Below are positions 18,168 through 27,493 of a stretch of 64,000 nucleotides of DNA, piece after piece (the first letter of the stretch is position 1; the number at the start of each line of letters is the position of its first letter). Origin of the DNA: an uncultured Gemmatimonadales bacterium (GTDB lineage Bacteria; Gemmatimonadota; Gemmatimonadetes; Longimicrobiales; RSA9); the NCBI GenBank assembly GCA_963708135.1, contig OY970192.1, positions 4,736,001 through 4,800,000 of the forward strand. The letters run 5' to 3'. The notes below the pieces were generated by a model that worked only from the letters and a program-made list of their open reading frames with translations, did no database searches and had not been told where the DNA came from. The position numbers and the translations under genes are program-made.

Positions 18168-19460
18168 GTGAAAGGGTTTCGCTTGGACACAACAAGCTAT
18201 CTATCCAACCTCGGCATCGAGCTGGCCGCGCCCGCGCTCCCAACTATTGGTCGCCTGGCGCTGATGGGGGAGTTCCTCCTCGGCGGCAACCGCGGTGTGC
18301 TCCTTCGCCCCAAGCGTGGCAAGATCTCCACCCGGTATCTGGAGGTGCTCGGCCGTGAGGGCTTCGGGCTTGCGGTCATTGATGGAACTGGCTTCCCCAC
18401 GTTTTACGCCCGCGAGGGCGAGGAATTTGTACCGATCCGGGCCTTGCCCGTACTCCACCGGCGGTTTTTCCCCTCGGAAGCCGTCCTCGACGCATGGGCG
18501 GGTCTCATCCGCGATGCGGCAACTCGAGGGGAAGCGGCGCGAGTGGGCGTGGGGCAGTTGCTTACCTGGCTCGGGGACGACTCACGCTTCGACGCGGCCC
18601 TCGTGCTTCCGCACGGAGACCTGCCCATCGAGCAACTTGGTGGAGACGAAACGGTAAGCGCCGAGCCCTTCCGAACGGCGGCCGCCTTGCTCGCCGGGTT
18701 TCGAGCGCAACCCGAGTCGCCCGAGGAGGTCGTTCGCCTGCTGGGCGCGGTCTCGCCGCTTCTCACCGACATTGGTGATGTCTCTGGTCTGATGGAAACC
18801 CTCACGCCGCTGGTCCGCGTTGACGGGCTCGGAGCCCACCGATTGTTGGTCTCGCATGGCATCGGTGCGGAAGTGGCTGCCCTCTTCGGAGCGGAAGGCA
18901 CGATGGTCCTGCCGATCGAGCTCCGAGTTCTTGAGCCGCTGCTGCTGCGGCTGCTGCCCAGCATCGACTGTGTGTTTACCGACTTTCTGCAGTTGAGCTC
19001 GGAGCGCTCCTACGACGGTGTCATCGTAGTCCCTCCGGTCGGTATTCGCCTCAGCGGAGCCCAGCTTGGCGGATACGATCTCGCGAAGCGGGGAGGCAAG
19101 GTACGCAGCGGTGTGGCCGCAGAGCTGCTGTTCGTGGAGCGCGCCCTCGCAGCAGTGGTCGATGGTGGTCTCCTTGTGACGGTTCTGTCGGAAGGCTTGC
19201 TCTCGAGCGCCGGTCATGTGGACTTCCGAGAGTGGCTGCTTGATCGCGCGCGCCTGCTGGCGGTCGTCAGCCTCCCTGCGGGAACCTGCTTCCCCGGGAG
19301 CGGGGTGAAATGCTCCGTCGTGCTGCTCCGAAAGCCGCCCGAAAAAGACTACTCGATCCTCATGGTCGAGGTAGAGGCAGACGACCTCACAGGCGAAATC
19401 GCGGCGGCACAATCGAAGCTCCAGGAGTTCCTCGAACGGGAGGTGCCGGCATCCGCGTAG
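18168..19460 (+). CDS. Degenerate (probably inactive) HsdM-like N6-methyltransferase
   Basis: C-terminal half matches an N6-MTase (YDGVIVVPPVG, ELLFVERAL, GLL, FREWLL, VVSLP..F..SGVK), but NPPF is VPPV and no GxG SAM motif is visible. Confidence 0.7.
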   Translation: MKGFRLDTTSYLSNLGIELAAPALPTIGRLALMGEFLLGGNRGVLLRPKRGKISTRYLEVLGREGFGLAVIDGTGFPTFYAREGEEFVPIRALPVLHRRFFPSEAVLDAWAGLIRDAATRGEAARVGVGQLLTWLGDDSRFDAALVLPHGDLPIEQLGGDETVSAEPFRTAAALLAGFRAQPESPEEVVRLLGAVSPLLTDIGDVSGLMETLTPLVRVDGLGAHRLLVSHGIGAEVAALFGAEGTMVLPIELRVLEPLLLRLLPSIDCVFTDFLQLSSERSYDGVIVVPPVGIRLSGAQLGGYDLAKRGGKVRSGVAAELLFVERALAAVVDGGLLVTVLSEGLLSSAGHVDFREWLLDRARLLAVVSLPAGTCFPGSGVKCSVVLLRKPPEKDYSILMVEVEADDLTGEIAAAQSKLQEFLEREVPASA

Positions 19461-20833
19461 CCACGCTCTCCCGCAGCGGCCTCGGAAAGTCGCACGTTCG
19501 ACTCGACCCCGCCTTCTACGTCGGCCGCGACCTGGTTCGCTCGACGATGAATTCCGAGAGCAGTCGACACGTTCGCCTGGAGGACATGGTCGAGTTCATT
19601 CAGGACGGGGCGCGGCTGCCGTCGGCAGAGCCGGGCATTCCGATGCTCCGCTTGAACAACGTGCTGCCCTGCGAGCTCGACTTGAGCGGCATGGCCCTCG
19701 TCGACGGCGCCGCGGCCAAGTGGGTGAGCGTTCGGGAGCATGATGTCCTGTTTACGCGTGCTGCTCAGCCGTTTCGCGCCGCCGCTGTGCAGCCCGGCGT
19801 GCCGGCGGAGCTCGCCGCGTCGTCGGAGCTCAGCATCATTCGGCCCCGGCCGGCCGTATTGCCCGAGTATCTCGCCGCAGTCTTCTGCACACCAACGCTC
19901 AACCAGATTCTGCGACACCTCGCCTATCGGGGCCGCTCGTCGGCTCTCCCGCGCCTGCGTTTATCGGACATCGCACGCCTGCCCATCCCGCTCCCCCCGA
20001 GGAGTCTGCAGGAGGCGCTGCGGCAGCAGTATCAAGGGGCGGTCGACCTCACCGCGAGCGCGCGTGTCGAAATCAGCGCAGTGGTGTCGGCAATTCATGC
20101 CGAGATTGATCACCGCGTCTGGGGTACGGAGCCTCCCAGGAGAGCCATCGAGGTGCGTCGCTCATACCTGCCAAACCGCTGGGATGTGCCATACAATCGC
20201 GGCCGCGGTTTCCGAGAATCCTTGGCTGCGTCCTCAACGATGCGACCGCTGCTTCAGCTTGCGAGTCCGCGGACGTCGAGCCTCAGCGGTCTCACCGACG
20301 AGGAGGAAGTCTTCCTTGTTCAGGCCAACGACGTGAACGAGGCGAGCTTCCTCGTCGAGGGCGGAGAGAACCGTTCTCTCGCGGGACTCTCGTCTCGCAT
20401 GCGCCAGCGGCTCGAAGTCGGGGATGTCCTCCTCTGCACGACGGGATCGGGCGATCAGGTCGCCTACTTGGATGAGGATCTCGGACGCGGCGGAGAGTCG
20501 ATCCTCGGAAGTGCGACGTTCACGGCTCTTCGCTTCCGCGAGACACCCCGCGTCTTCGCTGTCGCTCTCGCCCATCCTGTGGTACGCGAGCAGCTGCGCC
20601 TGCTCTCGTCAGGGTCAGTGCAGCGCTTCATCAACAAGCGTGACCTCGACGATCTTCTCGTCCCCGTTCTCGGTGCTGTTTGGCGCGGGGACTTCGAGAC
20701 GAGGCTCACCCAAGCGATGCAGCGGCGCCGGGAGGCTTTGCGGGCGCGGAGTGCGCTCATCGAGGTGGCCGACGAGTACCTGAGGGAGTTGAGCAGTCCT
20801 TCCCTTGCCCTTGCCGGGGGAAAGGACGCATGA
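19451..20833 (+). CDS. HsdS-like specificity subunit 1 (apparent ATC start)
   Basis: RLDPAFY, two TRD-like halves (DVLFTRA / GDVLLCTTG), LPIPLPP..LQ; GGAGG lies 7 nt before ATC 19451; first in-frame ATG after it is at 19547. Confidence 0.72.
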   Translation: MRVATLSRSGLGKSHVRLDPAFYVGRDLVRSTMNSESSRHVRLEDMVEFIQDGARLPSAEPGIPMLRLNNVLPCELDLSGMALVDGAAAKWVSVREHDVLFTRAAQPFRAAAVQPGVPAELAASSELSIIRPRPAVLPEYLAAVFCTPTLNQILRHLAYRGRSSALPRLRLSDIARLPIPLPPRSLQEALRQQYQGAVDLTASARVEISAVVSAIHAEIDHRVWGTEPPRRAIEVRRSYLPNRWDVPYNRGRGFRESLAASSTMRPLLQLASPRTSSLSGLTDEEEVFLVQANDVNEASFLVEGGENRSLAGLSSRMRQRLEVGDVLLCTTGSGDQVAYLDEDLGRGGESILGSATFTALRFRETPRVFAVALAHPVVREQLRLLSSGSVQRFINKRDLDDLLVPVLGAVWRGDFETRLTQAMQRRREALRARSALIEVADEYLRELSSPSLALAGGKDA

Positions 20834-21207
20834 CCGGCCTCATCACCACGAAGATCCGTGACTTCCTGATCGGCCGTGGTCCTGCGACGCCCGAACGCGT
20901 GGCGGAGGCCGTCCCCGAGCTCGCGGAGGCGGGAGGTGCGGAGCGGGCCCTCTTGCTGATGCGGCTCGACCCCGCCCTCGAGCGCACCGGAAGCGAGATG
21001 TGGGCGGCTCGAGGAACCGCCATCACCGACGACCGCCGCGTGCGAATGGCGGCTGAGAAGTTCTTCGATGGGCGGCCGGGCGCTCCGCTAGGGAGCGTTA
21101 TCCGCGCGGTGGCAAGCGAGACCGGTCTGCCCGAGCACCAGGCGCGTGAGCTCCTCACCGCACAGTTCGTCGTGGCGGGCACGAACATTTTTAACCGGCG
21201 ACGGTAG
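20830..21207 (+). CDS. Small hypothetical protein (winged-helix-like)
   Basis: ATGA overlap with the upstream gene; two short HTH-like halves. Confidence 0.65.
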   Translation: MTGLITTKIRDFLIGRGPATPERVAEAVPELAEAGGAERALLLMRLDPALERTGSEMWAARGTAITDDRRVRMAAEKFFDGRPGAPLGSVIRAVASETGLPEHQARELLTAQFVVAGTNIFNRRR

Positions 21208-21220
21208 CGAAACGACCCCT

Positions 21221-23224
21221 ATGGCCAAGAATAAGAAGAACACGACAGACGCAGTGCGCGGTGGCGCGCGGGAGAAGCTCTCGCAGCTCGGCTACCAGCA
21301 GATCGAGGACGACTTCGCGCTCTTCGATCCGCTCGGTGACGGATCCATGACGGCGACCGCCGAGCTCGTGGCGCTCGATGAGGGCGAGCCCGTCATCCTC
21401 TTCGCCAGCGGCGACCCCGGCGATGCCTCGCGGCCTCCCGTGCAGGACGATGCGAAGTTCAAGGCAGGCCTCGGCGCCGCCGCCGGCAAGCCGTTTCGTT
21501 TCGTCTGGGTGTCGGACGGCGAGAACGACTTCATCTTCGACGTCCAGAAGGACGCGCAGGTCTCGGCGCTGCCGGCCCGGGACGAGTGGAAGACCGTCGC
21601 CCGGCCAATCTCCGATACCCGCACCCGGCTCGTGCAGGAGGTCTCAGCAGAGTACCACCGCGGCGACTTCCGAGCGATCCAGCGGAAGTTCGATCAGCTG
21701 CACGAGGCCATCTACTCGCGTGGCGGCGTCAAGCCCACCAACGCTGCCATTGACGAACTCGGCAAGCTGCTCTTTCTCAAGGTACACCTCGAGAAGGCGC
21801 CCAGCTACGTGCTCACGAGCGGCGCCGCGAAGGGCAAGCGCTTCGCTGACATCTACTCGGCCGACCACGTGCGGGAGCACAAGAAGGATGCGGTCATTCA
21901 GCTCAAGGACGCCTTCCGCGAGATAAACAACCTCCCGCAGTACAAGGCGACCGACATCACGGGCGAGGTGCACACTATCTTTTCGTACGACGAGCCGCTG
22001 CGTCTCGAGAACCCCGACGTTCTCGCGCTCGCCATCGAGGCCCTCGAGCTGCGCGACCGCCATGGCAAGTCCATCCGGCTCTCGGTGCCCGACCGCGAGC
22101 TCCTCGGCAACGGGGAGAAGGCGCGCGAGATGCGGGCGCACCTCATCCACGAGGATCTCCTCGGCTGGGCCTTTGACGTGTTCCTTCGCGGCAAGTACGC
22201 AAGCGACGAGGGACTCGCGACCTACCTGACGCCGAGTCAGGTCGTGGAGTGCATGGCCCGCATGGTCTTCCACGACATCCCGGACGCGGACCTCTGGGCG
22301 CGACGGGGCGACGACGGGCAGCGCGAGCGCTGGAGTCCCCAGACCGACGAGGAGGCCGCGCTCCCCGCCTTCCTGTGCGGCGACATCTGCTGCGGCACGG
22401 GGCGCTTCCCCATAGGCGCGCTGCGCGAGGTGAAGCGGCGCGTGCTCGACGACCGCCACGTCGGCCACTCCGACCACGACAAGCTGCGTTGGCTCTCGCA
22501 GATGAAGCGGCACAGCTTCTTCGGCGCCGACCAAGCCGCGGGCTCGATCCAGAAAGCGCGCATCAACATGCTGCTGTACGGCGAGGACCACAGCCAGCTG
22601 CTGAAGGTCGACGACTCGCTGGTCGACCCGCATCTCGATCGGCTCATCGGGAAGTTCGACGTCATCCTGACCAACCCGCCCTTCGGCTCGGGCAAGTACA
22701 ATGATCCCCGCGGACTGGTGCGCATGCGCGACGAGGGGCGCGGTGTCGAGCTGGGCTGGTCGTGGACGCCCGGGAACCGGGCGAAGCGGAAGGAGCTCGC
22801 CAAGGCCGACCCGGCCTCGCTGTTCATCGACCGCAACCTACAGCTCCTGAAGCCGGGCGGGCGGCTCTTGATCGTCGTGCCTGACGGCATCCTCTGCAAC
22901 TCGGGGGACGCCTACATCCGCGAGTACTTCATGGGGACTCAGGACGAGGAGACGGGGGAGTTCCTCGGCGGAAAGGCGATCGTGCGCGCCGTCGTGAGCC
23001 TGCCCACCGAGACATTCTCCATCGCGGGCACGGGCGCCAAGACCAGCTTCCTCTACCTGCAGAAGAAGCGACATCCGGCTGAGAAGCAGGGCCCGGTCTT
23101 CATGGCCGTGGCCGAGCATGTCGGGTACCTGAAGAAGGGCAAGACCGAGGTTCCCGATCCTAGCGGCAACGACCTCGTCGCCATCTCGTCAACGTACGTG
23201 ACGACCGCGGGGGGCGGGCGATGA
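21221..23224 (+). CDS. HsdM-like N6-adenine DNA methyltransferase
   Basis: YLTP, DICCGTGRF (motif I), ARINM, ILTNPPFG (motif IV), LKPGG..IVVPDGIL and VVSLP. Confidence 0.92.
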   Translation: MAKNKKNTTDAVRGGAREKLSQLGYQQIEDDFALFDPLGDGSMTATAELVALDEGEPVILFASGDPGDASRPPVQDDAKFKAGLGAAAGKPFRFVWVSDGENDFIFDVQKDAQVSALPARDEWKTVARPISDTRTRLVQEVSAEYHRGDFRAIQRKFDQLHEAIYSRGGVKPTNAAIDELGKLLFLKVHLEKAPSYVLTSGAAKGKRFADIYSADHVREHKKDAVIQLKDAFREINNLPQYKATDITGEVHTIFSYDEPLRLENPDVLALAIEALELRDRHGKSIRLSVPDRELLGNGEKAREMRAHLIHEDLLGWAFDVFLRGKYASDEGLATYLTPSQVVECMARMVFHDIPDADLWARRGDDGQRERWSPQTDEEAALPAFLCGDICCGTGRFPIGALREVKRRVLDDRHVGHSDHDKLRWLSQMKRHSFFGADQAAGSIQKARINMLLYGEDHSQLLKVDDSLVDPHLDRLIGKFDVILTNPPFGSGKYNDPRGLVRMRDEGRGVELGWSWTPGNRAKRKELAKADPASLFIDRNLQLLKPGGRLLIVVPDGILCNSGDAYIREYFMGTQDEETGEFLGGKAIVRAVVSLPTETFSIAGTGAKTSFLYLQKKRHPAEKQGPVFMAVAEHVGYLKKGKTEVPDPSGNDLVAISSTYVTTAGGGR

Positions 23225-24681
23225 CAGTAAACCCCTCCGCCGTGTGGGTCGGACCCGCGCGCGTTCGTCCGTCTCGACTTGCCGCCGAGTTCTATCGTCA
23301 GGAGTACACCGACCTTGAGGACCAGCTCGATCGCTCCGGCCACAAGCTCGTCGTACTCGGAAAACTAGGCCGGCTGTTCACGGGCCCGTTCGGGTCGAAG
23401 CTACCCGCGTCCCTGTACGACACCCCCAACGGAGTCCCACTCCTCCGTGTGCAGAACATCGGGGACCTCTTTCTGAACGAGACTGATCTCGCGCGGATCC
23501 CGCTTGAAGTCCACGACGACATCCACCGCTCAAAGCTCGAGTCGGGGGATCTCGCCCTCGCGAAGGCAGGCCGCTTGGGAGCGCTCTCCAAGATCCCTGC
23601 TGACATCCCGGAGTGCAACATCACGCAGCACATTGTTGGCGTGAAAGTGCGCGCCGACAAAGTGCGTGGAAGCTACCTGGCTGCGTTCTTCCTTTCTCGC
23701 TTCGGGAGCTTTCAGCTCAAGCGTCAAGGGATCGGAACTCTGATCAAGTACCTCGGGATCGAGGAGACGCGCGCTGCGAAGGTGGTCGTTCCCGAGCGAG
23801 GCGTCCAAGACTACATCGGCGCGAAGGTCGAGTTGGCGGAGCGCTGTCGGGCGCGGTCTGGATACCTCCGTGCAGAAGCCATCGCACGCTTCGACGCGCT
23901 TCTCCGAACGCCCGAGTTCAGCCCGGGATCAGCTCTCACCAACGTCGTCGATTCCCCAGCCCTCACCGGTCGTCTGACCGGCGAGTTCTACCTCCCTCGT
24001 TACTTTGCGCTCGAATCGCACCTGGCGGGCCTTGGGGTATCGGTCAAACCACTCCGCTCGCTACTCCGCAGCGACATCATTCGGTCCTCGACGCCAGAAC
24101 GAGACGAAGCGGCGCCCGTCCCCTGCATTCTCACCTCGGACATCGACCCTCACGAGATCCGTTGGCGAAACCCGAGCTTGCGCATCACGCAGTCGGTGCA
24201 CGACCGCCACGTTGGTCGGCTCGCTGCACTAGACGTCGTTTACACGTCTGTCGGTCCGCCTGTGGGAGAAGCAGCCGTGGTGTTGCCACAGTTTCTTCCG
24301 ATGGCTGTGGGTGGCGATGTGTCCATCCTCCGCCATGGCGCCGATCTCCATCCCGGCTTCCTCGCCCTGTACCTGAACTCGGTGTTCGGGCGGATGCAGA
24401 ACGATCGCTACTCGCGGGGAATTCGACAGCGCCGCGTGTACCCCGAGGACATCGGCGCGTTTTTGATCCCAGCGTTCGGCGCCAAGGATCAGGCCTACGT
24501 GGGCGAGCGGATCGTGCGACATCAAGTCCTCAACGAGCTGGCTATCGACCTCGTCAACGAGGCCAGGGCCGACGTTGAAGCGCTGGTCCAAGGCACCCTC
24601 GACGTGCAGGCGATCCTCGCCGGAACGCTCAGGGCGCCCACCGCCGACGACATCCCGGAGCTGGCGGAGGACGGCGTATGA
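23221..24681 (+). CDS. HsdS-like specificity subunit 2
   Basis: RLAAEFY and RLTGEFY halves, TGPFGSKL, GVPLLRVQNI, GDLALAKAG and FLALYLNS.FG..Q. Confidence 0.85.
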   Translation: MTVNPSAVWVGPARVRPSRLAAEFYRQEYTDLEDQLDRSGHKLVVLGKLGRLFTGPFGSKLPASLYDTPNGVPLLRVQNIGDLFLNETDLARIPLEVHDDIHRSKLESGDLALAKAGRLGALSKIPADIPECNITQHIVGVKVRADKVRGSYLAAFFLSRFGSFQLKRQGIGTLIKYLGIEETRAAKVVVPERGVQDYIGAKVELAERCRARSGYLRAEAIARFDALLRTPEFSPGSALTNVVDSPALTGRLTGEFYLPRYFALESHLAGLGVSVKPLRSLLRSDIIRSSTPERDEAAPVPCILTSDIDPHEIRWRNPSLRITQSVHDRHVGRLAALDVVYTSVGPPVGEAAVVLPQFLPMAVGGDVSILRHGADLHPGFLALYLNSVFGRMQNDRYSRGIRQRRVYPEDIGAFLIPAFGAKDQAYVGERIVRHQVLNELAIDLVNEARADVEALVQGTLDVQAILAGTLRAPTADDIPELAEDGV

Positions 24682-25136
24682 ATGTCCTCGGCATAGCTCC
24701 AAGTTCGACCGGCTTCAAGTGGGCGCTCCTCGATGGCAGCCGGGCTCAGCCCCGGGTTCTGCCGCTCCCGTCCACGTCGCAGAAGCTCCCCGCCGACGCT
24801 TGTGAGGGGCACGCGCTGCTGAGCCTACGGCGGCTGCTCTCGACCTTCCTAGCGGAGCAGAGAGTAGAGCGTATCTGCGTGCTGCAGGCCGGCTCCTCAC
24901 AGTTCCGCGGCCCGTCGGCGGCTCGCGTCAAAGCCGAGGGCATCGTCCAGCTGGTGGGTGCCGAGCTCGAGCTCACCGTCAACTTGGTCGCGCCACAGTC
25001 CCTCCGTGCGCATGAGAAGCGCTTCACCTCCATCGCGTCCGGTTCGCCCGAGGATGTGTTGAACGGCGGCGCGGACTTCAAGCCCAAGGCCTGGCGCGAC
25101 GCCGTGCTCGTCGCGTGGTGGGGGCTCGGCGAATGA
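24678..25136 (+). CDS. RNase H/RuvC-fold protein (DUF3010-like)
   Basis: N-terminal VLGIAPSSTGFKWALL (RuvC-like LGIDP with D replaced by A) and KAEGIVQL. Confidence 0.6.
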   Translation: MNVLGIAPSSTGFKWALLDGSRAQPRVLPLPSTSQKLPADACEGHALLSLRRLLSTFLAEQRVERICVLQAGSSQFRGPSAARVKAEGIVQLVGAELELTVNLVAPQSLRAHEKRFTSIASGSPEDVLNGGADFKPKAWRDAVLVAWWGLGE

Positions 25137-26269
25137 GCACGATCCTTCAGGACATCCAGGAGCTCATCGCTGCGACTGGGAAGTACAGGCTCGAGGCGGA
25201 GAACACCGAGGGCGCGAACGCGTACGCCTTCCGTGCCCATCACGTGCCCCTCGACCTGCCGGTGTTCCTGAAGGTCCTCTACCCTGATCCGAGCGGCGAC
25301 CTCTTCACGGAGCCACGCCTCCTGGTGGAGGCTACACGGACCGAGGGCAGCGAGAGCAACCTCGTGCGCGTTCACGATGCGCAGCGCCTCGGCGACAACT
25401 TCGTCCTCGTCGCCATGGAGTACGTCGACGGCGGCAGCATCCTATCGCGCTTGAGCGGCGGGCCACTCCCGATGATGGAGGCCGTCTGCGCGGCGATTGG
25501 CATCCTCCACGGGCTCGCGCAGCTTCACCAGGCACTCCTCGTTCACCGGGACATCAAGCCCGCCAACGTGCTGATCTCGCAGCGCCAAGGGCGCATTTGG
25601 CCGAAGATCACCGACTTCGGTTCGGTCGCGCGCCTCGCTCATGCGAGTGCGAGCGTGATGGCCTCCCGCCACAGCGCGCTGTATGTGCCGGCCGAGGGAT
25701 GGGCGACGCCGAGTCGATACGACGTACGGTCGGACCTCTATCAGGTGGGCCTGGTGCTCTTCGAGATGGTCCACGGCTCCCTGCCGTACAGCGACGACGC
25801 CTACTTGGACCGTGAGGCGAGGAAGGAGCTTCGCGAGCTGGCGAAAGCGTCGGGCGGCGGCGTCGCCGATTTCGACAGACAACAGGTGGTCGATCGCGCG
25901 CTAGGCCGGGCCGCGTCCGGCAAGGGCGTGATTTCGTTCGGGCAGATGCAGCCGTACGTGCCCAGGAGCTTGGCGCGCATCATCAACAAGGCGGTCTCGA
26001 CCGACCCCGCCGCCCGCTACCAGACACCGTCCGAGATGATCGGCGATCTCGAGGCGCTCCGCCTTCCCGATTGGAGGCTGGCCCCCTGCGGTGAGAAGTA
26101 CGCCGCCAGCGGATGGTCGGGCTGGGACTGGAGCATCGAGAAGGATCCAAAAATGCCGGAGCAGTGGGTCGTCCTGCGCTCACGCCAGGCGGCAACGAGC
26201 TTCCGCCGGTGGGCCGCGGCCGAGAACGCGCGAGCGGCCTGTCGCCTCGTCATGGAGGCCGCTGCATGA
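25133..26269 (+). CDS. Ser/Thr protein kinase
   Basis: VFLK, MEYVDGG, HRDIKPAN, TDFG and SDLYQVG. Confidence 0.92.
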   Translation: MSTILQDIQELIAATGKYRLEAENTEGANAYAFRAHHVPLDLPVFLKVLYPDPSGDLFTEPRLLVEATRTEGSESNLVRVHDAQRLGDNFVLVAMEYVDGGSILSRLSGGPLPMMEAVCAAIGILHGLAQLHQALLVHRDIKPANVLISQRQGRIWPKITDFGSVARLAHASASVMASRHSALYVPAEGWATPSRYDVRSDLYQVGLVLFEMVHGSLPYSDDAYLDREARKELRELAKASGGGVADFDRQQVVDRALGRAASGKGVISFGQMQPYVPRSLARIINKAVSTDPAARYQTPSEMIGDLEALRLPDWRLAPCGEKYAASGWSGWDWSIEKDPKMPEQWVVLRSRQAATSFRRWAAAENARAACRLVMEAAA

Positions 26270-27493
26270 GTCTCCCCGCCCGCCCGAGCGATGCGTTGGC
26301 GCTCTTCGAGCATCTTGCCCAGTGGGGCGAGGTGTCGGCCTATGAGGCCGAGGACCTCGGCGCTGGGGCGTGGATCACGTTGTTGAAGAACGCAGGCGCC
26401 CTTGAGTGCGTTCACGACGATCACGGTCGTCCCTTGGCCTGGCATTCTGACGCCACCCTTCGTGCACCTGCTCGAGTCCGACGCGCAGCAGGTCGGACGT
26501 CGTCTGTGCTTCGCAGTGCCCGAGTACCGCGCCTACCTACTCAGGATCCTCGTCGACGGCCTGGTCGATGCCGGCCGGGCGGGCATGACCGTGGAACTCG
26601 AGGAGTGGACGAAGGGTGAGCTCGCACCGCTGCTGGCCGAGCTCAACGCATTTCTCGCGCCTCTGGAGAGCGGCAAGCGGCTGGTCGATCTCGCGCCGGC
26701 GGAGCTCGAGGCCCGAATGGCCGACCTCCCCGAGGGCACTCGATCGTTCGCCGCCTGGGACAGCTACGCACTGGGACACTCCGCGCGTCCCAAGGGGCTC
26801 TTCGAGTACGCGCTCCGGCGCTTCGGCCCCGCAAGCGTGGCGCTGCCCATCGCCGTCGAGACCGCTGCGGTGCTGCGCCCGCTGCCACTCAATCGAGAGG
26901 ACGGCTTCAGCCACGAGCGCGTCTTGCTTCCGCACGCATGGAACACGCGGCGCTTCGTTGTAGTGAGTGGGGCTGCGGTTGTGGACGTTCAGGGCGAGGT
27001 CTTGTTCGACAAAGATGCGCCCCTCAACGACGTACTCATCGAACACCTCCGCGATGCTGTGGTGGAGCACCCGTTCTACGCCGCGGTGATTCACTTGGGC
27101 ATCTGTGCCTGGCGCTCGCCGGCGTCGACAATACCGACCGTGGAGCTCTACGTGCCGGCATCGGGCGAGCTGCAGGAGATCTCGGTGCTCGTAGGATCCC
27201 GTGGCGTGGGCCGCGTCGCAGCGCTGCTCGGCGACCTCGTTCGCGCGCAGGGCTACGTACCCTTCGGCCTAGTCGAGGACCGAGTCCCAGACGAACTCAT
27301 GGCAAACCTGCTTCGGAACCTGCTGGAACTTCGAATCCTGCGCCGCCAGGACGAGCTGCTGGTGCTCGACGACGACTACCGGTCGTCTCTGATGGCGGCG
27401 CGCCTGCGCACCGTGTTTCGTCCCGGGAAGGAACTACAGAAGCGGGTGGTCGAAGAGCTGGCGATGCGGGCGTCCGAGGGAGGTGCCGCATGA
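26266..27493 (+). CDS. Winged-helix-like protein A, interrupted by a +1 frameshift at ~26446 (408 aa if joined)
   Basis: ATGA-coupled at both ends; span is 3n+1; the joined product aligns with the C-terminal part of the next gene. Confidence 0.75.
26439..26453 (+). repeat. CTGGCATTCTGACGC motif, copy 1 (frameshift site)
   Basis: Identical to 28941-28955 and in the same codon register (TGG CAT T CTG ACG). Confidence 0.9.

Noticed and set aside
18168..24681. Ordinary type I restriction-modification system
   Set aside because: No HsdR with DEAD-box motifs anywhere in the island, and the genes continue into a much longer coupled operon.
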